A DNA stretch of 64,000 bases from positions 5,957 to 69,956 of IMG/VR virus record IMGVR_UViG_3300028914_000075, one strand, 5' to 3'. A model generated the notes under the pieces. It saw only the letters and a list, made by a program, of their open reading frames with translations, ran no database searches and was not told the DNA's origin. Position 1 is the first letter of the stretch, and each line of letters opens with the position of its first letter. Positions 18,918 through 29,361 of this stretch are shown one piece after another. The translations under genes were made by a program, and so were the position numbers. This stretch comes from a virus (taxonomy: Duplodnaviria > Caudoviricetes).

Positions 18918-18988
18918 GTGATAATATTGCCAATTCACATGCCACCTTAAAAGGTGGCATCTATCTTGGCTGTTTTATTGTATTTATA

Positions 18989-19017
18989 AATATAACTAAT
19001 TATCTACTGAATGTCAA
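18989..19017 (-). promoter_or_regulatory. phage promoter (TTGACA-17-TATATT with TAGATAATTAGT core)
   Basis: Minus strand TTGACAttcagtagataattagtTATATT. Confidence 0.75.
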
Positions 19018-19090
19018 TAGACAGTAATATCTAGTTTAATCTTATAAATGCATGGTATATGTTTTTTCGATATTTTTATATATTTAATGC

Positions 19091-19432
19091 ATGGACTTCA
19101 ATCATGACTATGACGGCACTAACGAACTGCTTGTTACGGGCAGCCGTGAACGCTTGCAGGCCTGCAAGTGCGTTATAATGTCGTTCGGGGATTTGGGTTA
19201 CACGGACCCGCAGGTTCCTAATTTGGGAGAGGCTATAGGTGAATATACGGATTACGACGGAATAGATTCCGTGCAGTCTAAGATTCATGAGATACTTATA
19301 CGCTCGCAGGTAGTCCGTGAGGACGAGATTATAAGCATTGACGTGATTTCTAGAGTCGGGGAAGACAGGTTCACAGTGGACTTGCAACTGACTTTTGGTA
19401 ATGAGACTTTCGATGTGGACGGGATATCGTAG
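19091..19432 (+). CDS. gp25: baseplate wedge subunit, gp25-like
   Basis: 113 aa; size, LGYTDP..PNLG..I motif and position directly before the gp6-like gene. Confidence 0.65.
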   Translation: MDFNHDYDGTNELLVTGSRERLQACKCVIMSFGDLGYTDPQVPNLGEAIGEYTDYDGIDSVQSKIHEILIRSQVVREDEIISIDVISRVGEDRFTVDLQLTFGNETFDVDGIS

Positions 19433-19443
19433 AGGTTTTTAGC

Positions 19444-21489
19444 ATGGCGCAACAATTTTATGACCATTTTTCTTTGTCCAGTCTTTCGTTGCAGGAGCGG
19501 TTAGGTCGTTCGGCGACTTCGCTAAACAAGGATTCCGCAGTGTTCGGCCAGCAGGCCCGTTCGTTCGTGCAGATGCTCACGTACGGGTTGGACGCCGTTA
19601 CGGCAAGGGCGGCATCACACCTGCTCAATATGGACGTTCTCTACAGTAACGATGCGTACTTGTTGAAACTGACCGAGGGCTTGTTACTCAATAGTATCAA
19701 GTCGATAACCCCACCGAAAATAAATGCTTCGATACCGTTGCGCTTTACGTCCGAACGACCTTATTCACGTTGGAGTTCGCTAGGTACCATTTCATTGAAG
19801 GACGGTTCCAAGACCAATATCGTTGCGTTCGAAATTTCCAAAAAGGGTTCTGTCGAAGGCTCGGAGCAAGGTAACAGCTATGAGGCTCTGTATTGTGCGG
19901 GCAACTATGTTCAGCAGATAATAGACAGCGGTTTCGAGGGTTATACACCTGGTGTGTTCGCAGCGGTATATGTTTCTGAAACGTACAAGTCTATATGGTC
20001 CGAATCCGTAGAAGTAAAGATTGAAATGGACAATGACGTTGACGCCATATACCCGAACCTGGCGTGGTCAATGGATGAACTTCTAGCAATGCCCGATGTG
20101 GACAATGCCATATTGGTTCAGCATACTCCTAGGGGTATGACGCTGACCCTGGGTGACGGTGAAATTTTTGGCAAGGGGTATAACAAAGGGGATGGCAAGG
20201 CAAGCATACAGCAGGTTATCATTACCTATGTAAAGTGCGAAAGTTTGGCCCCCGTGGACCATTCCACGTTGAAGTTCAACAGGGATATCACTGTAATACC
20301 TGGGAATGCTGTACCGCTCTTGTCACCTATCAATATGGGTGATACTGCGAGTTCGTTACGTTCTAGGGCCGTGGCGGAATTTTTTGCGGCTAGCAAGATT
20401 ACTGACGAACGGGACCTTGTTACCGAAGTGAACAAGATTCCATTCGTGAAATCCTGTTATGCCCGTAGGGAATACAACTGGTCGCTGTGGGAAACCGTGT
20501 CGTCCCTGTGCAAGGGTTATAAGGATTACACGGCATTCAAGAATACTTATGGTGTGTCGTGGCAAGAAGTGCTTGATAGGGAAGATGTCGTAAAGACCAA
20601 GGAGATGCTTTTTTATACTAGGTATCTCTATAGTTCCTATAACAGGTATAATCCAGGCGATATGGTAGTTTACAAGGATAGTGTTTATATCTGTTCAAGC
20701 GCCAATCACAGGGGTGTACCTTCTGCCCGTAACGGGTGGGCATTCTTCATGACGTTGGCTAATGGTGACGCTGTGGCCAATGTATATCAAAGATATTATC
20801 CGTCTGCCAATATTTACGACAATGCCACTATTGTACTTTCGGGATTGGTTCTGAAGAACCGCAGGTATTGGAATGAGTATGGTCTGTATTACCGTGGTGA
20901 TGTGGTGTATCACTCGGGTACACGCAAGCTGTGGTTGGCGCTTCGTGATGGAGGGCAGACTGTTGAACCCGGTAGCGAGGGCGACGTGTCCTTGTACAAT
21001 GAGGACAGGTTTTGGGTAACTCGTGAAGAGGCTTTTGAACTTGATGACTCGGATACTACGGGGACTGTCTATAACCTAAGTTACAAGTTTGACGACTATG
21101 AACAGTTGACACAGGCTATATTTGAATCCGAAATCAAGGGTTATTTCAACATTGCAGGAAAGCTGGGATTCACGTCTGTAGTCGTGGAACCGTTAGGACA
21201 GGTGGGCGTGTCCGTGGATATCCAATATACCGCTCCGTATACTATGCAGCAGCAGGTGCGGGATACGCTTGAAGAATATATATGCTATAATGTAGGAAAG
21301 ACTTTGGAAGCGGACACTCTCAATTCTTTGCTTACCGAGAAATATAACCTGTCTGCTGTCTATGTCAAGCTTCGTCTTGATTCCGTGGATAACACGCAGG
21401 ACAGTATAGAGCTTGTGCTTCCTTCGGCTACATACGTGCCTCCAAGCAAGCTTAACGTGACCATCAAGGAAATTTTAGGAACGAGGTAG
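19444..21489 (+). CDS. baseplate wedge protein, gp6/J-like
   Basis: LTLGDGEIFGK, LRSRA...ITDERDL...V.SCYA motifs; contains two CBM5/12-like inserts. Confidence 0.75.
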   Translation: MAQQFYDHFSLSSLSLQERLGRSATSLNKDSAVFGQQARSFVQMLTYGLDAVTARAASHLLNMDVLYSNDAYLLKLTEGLLLNSIKSITPPKINASIPLRFTSERPYSRWSSLGTISLKDGSKTNIVAFEISKKGSVEGSEQGNSYEALYCAGNYVQQIIDSGFEGYTPGVFAAVYVSETYKSIWSESVEVKIEMDNDVDAIYPNLAWSMDELLAMPDVDNAILVQHTPRGMTLTLGDGEIFGKGYNKGDGKASIQQVIITYVKCESLAPVDHSTLKFNRDITVIPGNAVPLLSPINMGDTASSLRSRAVAEFFAASKITDERDLVTEVNKIPFVKSCYARREYNWSLWETVSSLCKGYKDYTAFKNTYGVSWQEVLDREDVVKTKEMLFYTRYLYSSYNRYNPGDMVVYKDSVYICSSANHRGVPSARNGWAFFMTLANGDAVANVYQRYYPSANIYDNATIVLSGLVLKNRRYWNEYGLYYRGDVVYHSGTRKLWLALRDGGQTVEPGSEGDVSLYNEDRFWVTREEAFELDDSDTTGTVYNLSYKFDDYEQLTQAIFESEIKGYFNIAGKLGFTSVVVEPLGQVGVSVDIQYTAPYTMQQQVRDTLEEYICYNVGKTLEADTLNSLLTEKYNLSAVYVKLRLDSVDNTQDSIELVLPSATYVPPSKLNVTIKEILGTR

Positions 21490-21496
21490 ACTGCCC

Positions 21497-22270
21497 ATGA
21501 TTAATGTGCCACATGCCATTGTAGATTTTGCTGCCGCTTTGAAGCTCCTTGCCGAATCGCAGAGCGATGTATCGGAGCTTGTTACTAAATGGGATTTGAT
21601 ATGCAATACATATACGCCCATGACTGTAGACATAACGTTGTCTAACGGTGTACATAAGGTTGATAATCTTGCCAAGATACGTAACGACCTTATCAAGGGG
21701 CTGTCCTTGAAAAATCCCACTGTGGTTGAAATAAAGTACAGGACAAACGAGCGTGATTACGGAAGGCAGACGGCATCACAGTTAATCGGTAATTCCTGGT
21801 ATGCCGTAGGGGAGAATCCGTTTGACGCCAATTCGTCGGGATGGAAGAGTTGCTTGAGATTCCTTGACAACGACGTACGTTCGGTGTGTTTCCCGGATAC
21901 AGGGGATATCCATGCCGACCTTATGGGTATGCCACGTGTTGTTGTTTTAGGGGTACCTGTGGGTAATGGACAGCCCGTTACCGAAGTTACCATCCATTTG
22001 TCGGCACCTAGCGCCAACTGGGCATCCGACAACTTGATTGGGGGTGATAAACAGTTATACGCTGTAACTATGTTCGTGAACCGCAATTTCGGTGGTTATG
22101 GCTCTGCCGCGATTGCTTATCCGGGTAATCCTGTTACACTGCATGTGTATGACGCTACAGGTGTAAGGCTATTCACACGTGAGATACCTCCTGCCAAGTG
22201 CGTATCGTATATGTTCTTTGCGGGTCCGGGGCAGAATACTGTTAATTTCCATGAACTGATGCCTGCATAG
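21497..22270 (+). CDS. tail fibre/baseplate-attached protein
   Basis: N-terminal VDITLSNGVHKVDNLAKI, typical of fibre/spike anchors. Confidence 0.55.
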   Translation: MINVPHAIVDFAAALKLLAESQSDVSELVTKWDLICNTYTPMTVDITLSNGVHKVDNLAKIRNDLIKGLSLKNPTVVEIKYRTNERDYGRQTASQLIGNSWYAVGENPFDANSSGWKSCLRFLDNDVRSVCFPDTGDIHADLMGMPRVVVLGVPVGNGQPVTEVTIHLSAPSANWASDNLIGGDKQLYAVTMFVNRNFGGYGSAAIAYPGNPVTLHVYDATGVRLFTREIPPAKCVSYMFFAGPGQNTVNFHELMPA

Positions 22271-22288
22271 ATAGGGGGACTATAGAGT

Positions 22289-23518
22289 ATGTCAAGCGTA
22301 GTGGACAGTTCTACGGCTCTTGAAGTGATGAAGTCTGCCAATGACGACTTCGTAGAACTTTTGTTGAAATTGAAGTCCCTTCTTAACGGGAAGAATCCCG
22401 TTACTTTTACGATGGGAGAATATACTATAACGGTCAATACTATTCTTGAGTTAATCAACAACTACAAGAATGGTAAGTTCGAGGAAGTTATACTCGGCGG
22501 TCAGCCTTCGGGTCCGCAGGTAAAGCTGTCTGTAGATTCTAACGGGAATCTTTGTGTTACGGATGTTGACGGGAATGTTGTTTCGATATCCTGCAAGAAG
22601 CTTATATCCTCTGTACTTGAGAACTGCATTGCTAACCAGGTTACGGCTACGTCTGCCAAGATAAATTCTGTGCAGGGAACTGTATCCGTAACTGGCGGAA
22701 ACGTAAGTTTCGATTCTATGCAGTTCAACCGTTTGGCTATTGACAGATTGTTGAAGGCACGAGTCATAGAGGCTTCGCAGCTTGTAGTTTCAGATGATTT
22801 GCGATGCAATGAAATTATGGTTCTTGGTGTACGCAAGTTCGTACCGAAGTATGTCCGTTCGTTATTCTACAGGAACGGGACGGCCATGGTCAATGCTGCA
22901 AGTTTTCTTCAGTACGATACGGACGGTTCTTGGAAGATGAACGCAGGAGGCGACAGCTTGACACCTGCGGACATAGGATTCCGTAAAGTAGATAGTATGG
23001 ATGGGCTTGTAGCAGCTACTGTGGTACCCGATATGATTCGGTTCATGGGTGACACGGACTATTTGGATTTCGTTACCCGTCGTACCCGTATGTTTTCTAG
23101 CGTGGCTGAAGAATCTACTGTTCCGCCTAATGTGGCGGTGTATGCGACAAGCCCGAATAGTTCTTCCTATGTGCCTATAGCGTTTGACGGGAGCAAGTAT
23201 CTTTTTGCGGCAATTTTGGCTTTTCCGACAGGTGGCTATGTACCGTCACAGACCGCTAACGGTACATTGTACTTGACATCGTTTGCGCCAAGTGACATCG
23301 GTAAGGAAATTTACTATCAGACCTATAACAAGAAGTGGAAGATATACCGTACGATGAAGCTTATCTACGATAGTGCGTCCGCTACTACTCCGACATCCGT
23401 AGAGTTCGGACAGTTGACCAATCTTCCAGAGTATACTTGTTCCAAGTTCATAGTCAATTATGTCACCGAAGTTACTTCTAGTGGGAAATCCGTAACCTAC
23501 ACTTTGGAATTTGCATGA
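22289..23518 (+). CDS. tail fibre/baseplate-attached protein
   Basis: Similar N-terminal anchor; C-terminal DIGK...LP.Y domain shared with the next gene. Confidence 0.55.
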   Translation: MSSVVDSSTALEVMKSANDDFVELLLKLKSLLNGKNPVTFTMGEYTITVNTILELINNYKNGKFEEVILGGQPSGPQVKLSVDSNGNLCVTDVDGNVVSISCKKLISSVLENCIANQVTATSAKINSVQGTVSVTGGNVSFDSMQFNRLAIDRLLKARVIEASQLVVSDDLRCNEIMVLGVRKFVPKYVRSLFYRNGTAMVNAASFLQYDTDGSWKMNAGGDSLTPADIGFRKVDSMDGLVAATVVPDMIRFMGDTDYLDFVTRRTRMFSSVAEESTVPPNVAVYATSPNSSSYVPIAFDGSKYLFAAILAFPTGGYVPSQTANGTLYLTSFAPSDIGKEIYYQTYNKKWKIYRTMKLIYDSASATTPTSVEFGQLTNLPEYTCSKFIVNYVTEVTSSGKSVTYTLEFA

Positions 23519-24777
23519 TGATTAATGCCAATACGTCTACCCGTACTTTCCGTGAGTTGCAGTTTGACCTCCATGCTTTTTTGGTGGCCCTGTATGAGCT
23601 TTTCCCGGTGGATGGACAGGACGACAAGGGTTTAGTTGAAGTAAAGTGGTCGGATGGTTCCGTCGATGTGGTGCCTACGTTTGAACTTATACGTGGAATT
23701 TGCGATTCTTCATTCGGTAGGCTGATTATAGGGGATAGCGCCGAACTTGTCCCTGGTGTACTTAATGGGATGCCTTCGGATGCGACAAATTATAGGGATG
23801 AACTTTACCTTCTTATAAATTCTGTGCCGTTGAAGGCTAACATGCCTTCTATAGGTGATGCGTCTACCGACATTGAGTTTGTTGGTGGCGTAATAGTAAG
23901 CCTGGTGGCTGATACGGTGTCCTTACCCGATGGCGTGACAGTATCGGAACTGACAGTGACGGGGAACCTATCTACGGGTTATTGCGAAGTTGCAGAAAAC
24001 TTGGAATCTAACGGTGAATTTTATGCAGAGGATGGCAAGGTATCCACGTTGGACGTATCCGGGATGGATTTGACTCAACCTGTCCGTGTATATACGCCCA
24101 ATAGCCCTATATATGACTTGTCGCAATATTCGTATATAACAGACCTTTCCGATATTAAAGGAATGTACAGGGTGTCCGGGCTGTTCCGTTATGGGGATAC
24201 CTACGATGCGGATACGCAGCGCCGCTTCAATGAATACGGTGCCTGTGTTGTAGTGGAAGTACCTGTACTTTCGGATATTATCAATGGAGAACTTGTGTAC
24301 GATTATATGGAATCTCCAAAGGAGAATTATCCAGAAGACTATACACGTCCGTTCCCTGCGTATTCCATATCGAACCTGGTAATGCTGTACCCCTTGAAGC
24401 AGACCCGTAGTACCAACCGATACGGTACTATGTATGTAAGGTTGCTTCCTCCGTCGGAAGAGGATATCGGGAAGATTATAAACGTGAGGAACGTTACCGA
24501 TGGCTATATCACAGTTAGTAACGTATGGTCTTTCGGTATGAGGGAATATACGTCTGTCCGCAAGTCCACGTCGTCACCTGCATGGTTGGAGGCTTTAGGT
24601 ATTTCTAGGGAATCCAGGGATATTAGTACCGTAGGAGATGTTACATCGTTGAATACTGTTACGTTGCCTCCGTATTCGTCCATAGATTTCTTGTTTGGTT
24701 GGGATGTACGTAGCGGTAAGTTGACTGCGTATATGCAACCTATGACCAGTTTGAACTTGAAATATGCTGGGGTGTAG
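23515..24777 (+). CDS. tail fibre/baseplate-attached protein
   Basis: VEVKWSDGSVDVVPTFELI anchor; C-terminal DIGKII...TLPPYSS. Confidence 0.55.
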   Translation: MMINANTSTRTFRELQFDLHAFLVALYELFPVDGQDDKGLVEVKWSDGSVDVVPTFELIRGICDSSFGRLIIGDSAELVPGVLNGMPSDATNYRDELYLLINSVPLKANMPSIGDASTDIEFVGGVIVSLVADTVSLPDGVTVSELTVTGNLSTGYCEVAENLESNGEFYAEDGKVSTLDVSGMDLTQPVRVYTPNSPIYDLSQYSYITDLSDIKGMYRVSGLFRYGDTYDADTQRRFNEYGACVVVEVPVLSDIINGELVYDYMESPKENYPEDYTRPFPAYSISNLVMLYPLKQTRSTNRYGTMYVRLLPPSEEDIGKIINVRNVTDGYITVSNVWSFGMREYTSVRKSTSSPAWLEALGISRESRDISTVGDVTSLNTVTLPPYSSIDFLFGWDVRSGKLTAYMQPMTSLNLKYAGV

Positions 24778-24779
24778 TC

Positions 24780-27671
24780 GTGAGTGAATATTTTGTAAAT
24801 ACTTCGTATGTACGGAATTATGTAGTTGTATCGGCTTCCTCGGATGGCGTGGTACTTAGGCCCGCAGATAATGAAACGTTGATGTCGTATTGGCGTGAAT
24901 TTCTTTCGGGATATATAGACGTACCCGTTCCTGTGGACGTTTTGCCTACGTTGCATATATCTCAACTACCTTTGGATGTTCTTAAAGTCGATGCCTACGT
25001 GGACTATGTGATAGAGTACCCGCGTGTGGAAGTATATTATGGCGACAGGGTTATAGATATTTCCGACAGGGTATCGGTCAACCATCCTAATCCCGAGACT
25101 CCCGGCCTGTATGCCTTGGATTTTACGGTATCTTTGGAGGGTGGAAGTTCTTCTGTTATTTGGCGTTCGTGGGTATCCATTGAGGAACCCCCTCTTCTTA
25201 GGAAGGTTATTACTCCGTGGAATCGTGACAACAAGATTATTGCCGACATGAACAGGCAGGTAATCGAACCGCAGTTCTTGGAAGCCCTCTATGAAGCGGG
25301 TGTTCCCCTGTATAACTTTCAGCAGGCTAATGCTCCCACCGCTGTAAGTCAGTTTGCCGTCATGAAGTATAGGGATGCCCGCGTCATAGTTATTGAAGGT
25401 CGCCTATTCGTGTCTGGACCTCGTTTGCCCGTAGGTACCGAAGTGACTGTTGCGGGTATAACCCGTATACTCGGTGTGAATGTGCTATGCCCGCAATTCT
25501 CCCCGCAGGATGTGTACACGGCGGGTAATCTTGTAAGTTATTGCGGTACGGATTATTATGCCCTTGAAGATATCCCTGTTACGGAATATCCAGACCCGTC
25601 TGACCCGTCTAGGGTAATCAAGGGTAGCCTGCTCCCCACATCCCTGTATTTCGAGGGTGGCGTAAGCAATGCCTGTTGGTTGCAGGGTACATACTATTCT
25701 GTCGAGGCTATGGACTTGCCCGACGGTGAATATGAACTTACTTCGTTATGGGCAGCACTTGATGTAGGCGGATATACGTTCAAGATGGATTTGTTGAGGG
25801 CATTCCCTGTTCACCATTATTGGGGTATATACGACCGTAAGTATTTTTATGACTATGCTACGGGAGACCTTGTATCCGTAATCAATGAAGGCATGGTCTC
25901 CTTGTTCCAGCGCAACGATACGCCTATTACGGACAGCGCTGTAGATTCTTCGTATAAGCCTGGGCATTATAAGAATCCTTATTGGACAGAAGTATACAGC
26001 GAAAGTTACAACGATGCCTTGCAGAATCCTATTATACGTCCTTGTACTAATGCATCCAACGCTATTGTCAGCAAGACATATCCGGCTAGAGAAGAAGCGT
26101 TCCGTATGTATGCCAAGTTGGTGGATATACCTTATCCGCTTGTGGATGCCATAGGTGCCAAGTATAGCGTATTGCTGTGGGCGCTCCTGTACAGGACAAG
26201 GGAGACTTTCCCCGGTATCAAGGCTGCATTGAATGCCATCGGTATCGACATAGAGAATCTTAGAAGGGTTTATCCCTCCGTGAAATACAGGCTGTGGGGA
26301 AATTCTACGCCCATAGACGATATCTATACGGAAATAGCTACTGTCCGTGATATTGCTCGTTCCGTAAAATTTGACAAGATTTGGACGGCGGATGGACTCC
26401 CACCTGTGTGTGGGCAGGATGACCCCCGCTATGGTACAGCGTGGTATGTCACTGACTGGATTAGGTATTCCCGTGAAGGGGAAGACCCCGATACCGTGTG
26501 GGTATGCAGGGAGACATCATCCCCGAGAAGATGGGAAAAGTATTATTCGTTCGAGCATGTAGGCTCCGATAGGGATATAGCGGACTATGATTATTCCGTG
26601 AATAACAGATACTATAGAGCCGATGCCAATTTGATGAAACGGCTTGCGGCTGACTGCACCGTAGACTTGGATGATAACTATCAATGGATAGACGATGATT
26701 CCTTCTCAAGCTTCTCCCTAGCCTTGACAAAGTTGCTGTCCTATGAAGTACCTATCTACATTTACCTTAGATTGCGTATACGCTTGGCTACCGTAGGCCA
26801 TGCACGGGTGAGGGGTATATCCAAACCTGTAGTCTTGAAGGGTGCATGGGGTGGCTCCATAGGATTGAAACTCTATCCGGGCAAGTATTTTGACATGGCT
26901 TCCTTGGAAGTAAGGAGCGCATATCCTACCGTACTGTATTCCTATGAAAAACTTTCGGAGGATAGTCCCGACACGGATTGGACGGAATATACGGGATATT
27001 CCCCTATGGACGGATACAGGTATTTTCAGTTCGAACGTGCAGTATACGTAAGGTTGAGGTTTAGTGAAAATAACGTGTTCAAGGTAGATTCCGATGCCGA
27101 TACGGAGGCAGGACATTACAGATGGTGCTGGACTTCCCGCTATACGATAGGGTGTCTAGGCGACCCCGAATCTACGGATACGGACGACGGTTTCATTGAC
27201 GCTACACAAATGCCGACAGTAGGTAGCGGTCATTCCGCCCCGGATATCTATCTGTGCAAGGGTATTGCGGCAATTACCGTGCGTATAGGTACGGGTACAG
27301 TTAATGTCTCCGCACAGGCTCTTCAGTGGCAGTACGTCTTTGGAGACCCTGCGTGGACTATGGACGAGGTATTGCCGTTTGCGGATTGGTCGGCGCTTGA
27401 TGGTGTAAAGCTGCTAGGTTCGTGGGTGGGCAGTGCTGCGGACTTCAAGTCTGCCGTAGTACGCTGTACTTCTCCCGAGGTTCCGTGGTTGACTTCTACA
27501 TGGGAGTCGGGTACATTGAAGGTAGGCGGCGGGGTCCCAAGGTTTATTTATCTGTGGGACAGGAACAGCCGTTTGATAGGTACCCTAGTGGTACCGTTCA
27601 ACGAGCGCATGGTACTTGAAGGTAACAGTTCGGATTATCTGTTGAAGTTTGTATTTGAAGATTCCAACTAA
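24780..27671 (+). CDS. large baseplate wedge protein, gp7-like
   Basis: 963 aa; LWALLYRTRETFPGIKAALNAIG matches the wedge LYR.KGT..GI motif; position after gp6. Confidence 0.6.
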   Translation: MSEYFVNTSYVRNYVVVSASSDGVVLRPADNETLMSYWREFLSGYIDVPVPVDVLPTLHISQLPLDVLKVDAYVDYVIEYPRVEVYYGDRVIDISDRVSVNHPNPETPGLYALDFTVSLEGGSSSVIWRSWVSIEEPPLLRKVITPWNRDNKIIADMNRQVIEPQFLEALYEAGVPLYNFQQANAPTAVSQFAVMKYRDARVIVIEGRLFVSGPRLPVGTEVTVAGITRILGVNVLCPQFSPQDVYTAGNLVSYCGTDYYALEDIPVTEYPDPSDPSRVIKGSLLPTSLYFEGGVSNACWLQGTYYSVEAMDLPDGEYELTSLWAALDVGGYTFKMDLLRAFPVHHYWGIYDRKYFYDYATGDLVSVINEGMVSLFQRNDTPITDSAVDSSYKPGHYKNPYWTEVYSESYNDALQNPIIRPCTNASNAIVSKTYPAREEAFRMYAKLVDIPYPLVDAIGAKYSVLLWALLYRTRETFPGIKAALNAIGIDIENLRRVYPSVKYRLWGNSTPIDDIYTEIATVRDIARSVKFDKIWTADGLPPVCGQDDPRYGTAWYVTDWIRYSREGEDPDTVWVCRETSSPRRWEKYYSFEHVGSDRDIADYDYSVNNRYYRADANLMKRLAADCTVDLDDNYQWIDDDSFSSFSLALTKLLSYEVPIYIYLRLRIRLATVGHARVRGISKPVVLKGAWGGSIGLKLYPGKYFDMASLEVRSAYPTVLYSYEKLSEDSPDTDWTEYTGYSPMDGYRYFQFERAVYVRLRFSENNVFKVDSDADTEAGHYRWCWTSRYTIGCLGDPESTDTDDGFIDATQMPTVGSGHSAPDIYLCKGIAAITVRIGTGTVNVSAQALQWQYVFGDPAWTMDEVLPFADWSALDGVKLLGSWVGSAADFKSAVVRCTSPEVPWLTSTWESGTLKVGGGVPRFIYLWDRNSRLIGTLVVPFNERMVLEGNSSDYLLKFVFEDSN

Positions 27672-27688
27672 AAAGGTATATTTTTGCT

Positions 27689-27916
27689 ATGTATAAGTTT
27701 AGAAATAACGAAGCAACCGAACTGGACGCACAGTCGTTAAAGCAGTATACGAACAGGAACCTTCCTGCCGGATATTCCGCTGCCGTTTCCGCAGATGACA
27801 AGGGCGTGGCCATCGACATCTACGACAGTGATGTTATGGTGTCATCCGTATCTGTAGGCGGATTATCGCAGGCGGATGCCGAAAAGAAAATTGATGCTGC
27901 TTTGGAGGAATTTTAG
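27689..27916 (+). CDS. small hypothetical virion protein
   Basis: 75 aa within the structural operon. Confidence 0.5.
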   Translation: MYKFRNNEATELDAQSLKQYTNRNLPAGYSAAVSADDKGVAIDIYDSDVMVSSVSVGGLSQADAEKKIDAALEEF

Positions 27917-27918
27917 CT

Positions 27919-28755
27919 ATGCCGAATAAATATGACATGTTGACAAATGAAGGAAGCCTTGCATTGGCCCGTGCAGTAGCTACGGGTGCAAAGTTGTCTA
28001 TTAGGGGGGCTTCGCTCTGTAAGGTAGACAGTGGCATGGCCACGGTTGAAGCAGTAGCTGCCTGCACATGGGCGCCCGACCCCGACAGGCCGGAAAGGCA
28101 AGCATTGAAACCTTCGGCTATCGAAGGTGCCGTACTCCCGTGTACAAGCTATTTGCCAAGCATGCCCGATATAGACGGGGTTGAGACCGGTAGCCCTGTC
28201 GCTGCATTGGACATCGAATTTACGTTCATGCCTTCATCGGAAGTCCAGTACAACGTTATTGCTGTTTTGGCAGACCTTTACTACATGTTCGCCCCGTTTG
28301 AAAAAAGGGCCTCCTATCGTGTGGGTGATACTGTTTGGTATCTTGACAACGAGGATAACTATACGTACTACCGCTGTATCAAGGATATAGAGAGGACAGA
28401 GGTATATCCTATAGGTGATACTGAACATTGGCAGCGTGTACAGGTGTACAATCAACTGGATACATCTACCGATACGGGTAACTTGCAGTATAGGTCCATT
28501 ACGGAAGAACCCGTCTTGCTGTATGTTTCCAAGACGGCAGGTTATGTAACTGTCGGTCCCGAAATGGAAATAGATTACAAGGTCCGTCTGTATCTTGAGG
28601 GTGTTGACAATGCGGCAAGCGTACGGGAATACGTAGTGTTCGATACATTGGGTCCCGAATTTATGGATTCGACGAAAATAGAATTGTTGGCATATTTTGC
28701 GCAGGCTATGCAGCACATACGTGATGTCGCTGTTGAGCGTGCGGGGAGGCCGTAG
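27919..28755 (+). CDS. tail-collar/fibre-base protein (DUF3751-like N-terminus)
   Basis: MLTNEGSLALARAVATG.KL.I start; internal CBM-like YRVGDTVWY...YYRC...W. Confidence 0.55.
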   Translation: MPNKYDMLTNEGSLALARAVATGAKLSIRGASLCKVDSGMATVEAVAACTWAPDPDRPERQALKPSAIEGAVLPCTSYLPSMPDIDGVETGSPVAALDIEFTFMPSSEVQYNVIAVLADLYYMFAPFEKRASYRVGDTVWYLDNEDNYTYYRCIKDIERTEVYPIGDTEHWQRVQVYNQLDTSTDTGNLQYRSITEEPVLLYVSKTAGYVTVGPEMEIDYKVRLYLEGVDNAASVREYVVFDTLGPEFMDSTKIELLAYFAQAMQHIRDVAVERAGRP

Positions 28756-28758
28756 CCC

Positions 28759-29352
28759 ATGGCTGTGAATCTTCGTGATGTCATTGATGAAGAATTGAAT
28801 ATCGAGACCGAGGAACTGATTTCCGACGGTGCCCTTGCGCGTATGTACAAGAAAGCCGTAAATTGGTATCGTAAATACAGGTTGTTCCCTAGAACAAATA
28901 CGTTCAATTATTCAATCGAGAGCGGCGACTACGTTCCCGATATCCTTATGGACCAAGTTGTGACCATAGACGGTAAGACGGGGAAGCTGTCGGAGTTTGT
29001 AGATACGCAGACACGTATATTCAACGGTACCCGTACTATACAGGTAGAGATAGCCTTGACTTCGAACAATGCCTATTTGGCGGGTTTGCCACATGAGCTT
29101 GAAAACCTGTTCGTGTCCTATTGCAAGATTGCCATAGGTCAACGCTTGAAGTTCTCTAAATATCCGTCGCAGCCAATAGAGCTTGACGGTCCTGCTATGT
29201 ACTCCGAAGGAACAGAGGGTGCTAAGTATTGGGAGAACTTTATCGAGATTAACCGTGACGAGGACCCCGAGAACATTACGGACTTGCGCAAGGAAGCCTA
29301 TACGGGTATTCCAAAGACCTATTTCTATGCGGGTACGGTGCTATGGAGATGA
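28759..29352 (+). CDS. neck/head-tail adaptor, gp13-like
   Basis: AVNWYRKY...LFVSYCKIAIG...IELDGPAMYSEG motif. Confidence 0.65.
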   Translation: MAVNLRDVIDEELNIETEELISDGALARMYKKAVNWYRKYRLFPRTNTFNYSIESGDYVPDILMDQVVTIDGKTGKLSEFVDTQTRIFNGTRTIQVEIALTSNNAYLAGLPHELENLFVSYCKIAIGQRLKFSKYPSQPIELDGPAMYSEGTEGAKYWENFIEINRDEDPENITDLRKEAYTGIPKTYFYAGTVLWR

Positions 29353-29361
29353 TTTTCAGTC

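Larger units (their letters stand above)
17634..18985 (-). mobile_element. IS200/IS605-family (IS1341-type, tnpB-only) element
   Basis: Right end CACGCCC-TTTA-GGGCGTG hairpin then GTAGTTGAC (plus-strand 17634-17667); left-end hairpin TGCCACC-TTAAAA-GGTGGCA at 18940-18959; no tnpA. Left boundary uncertain by ~15 nt. Confidence 0.8.
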
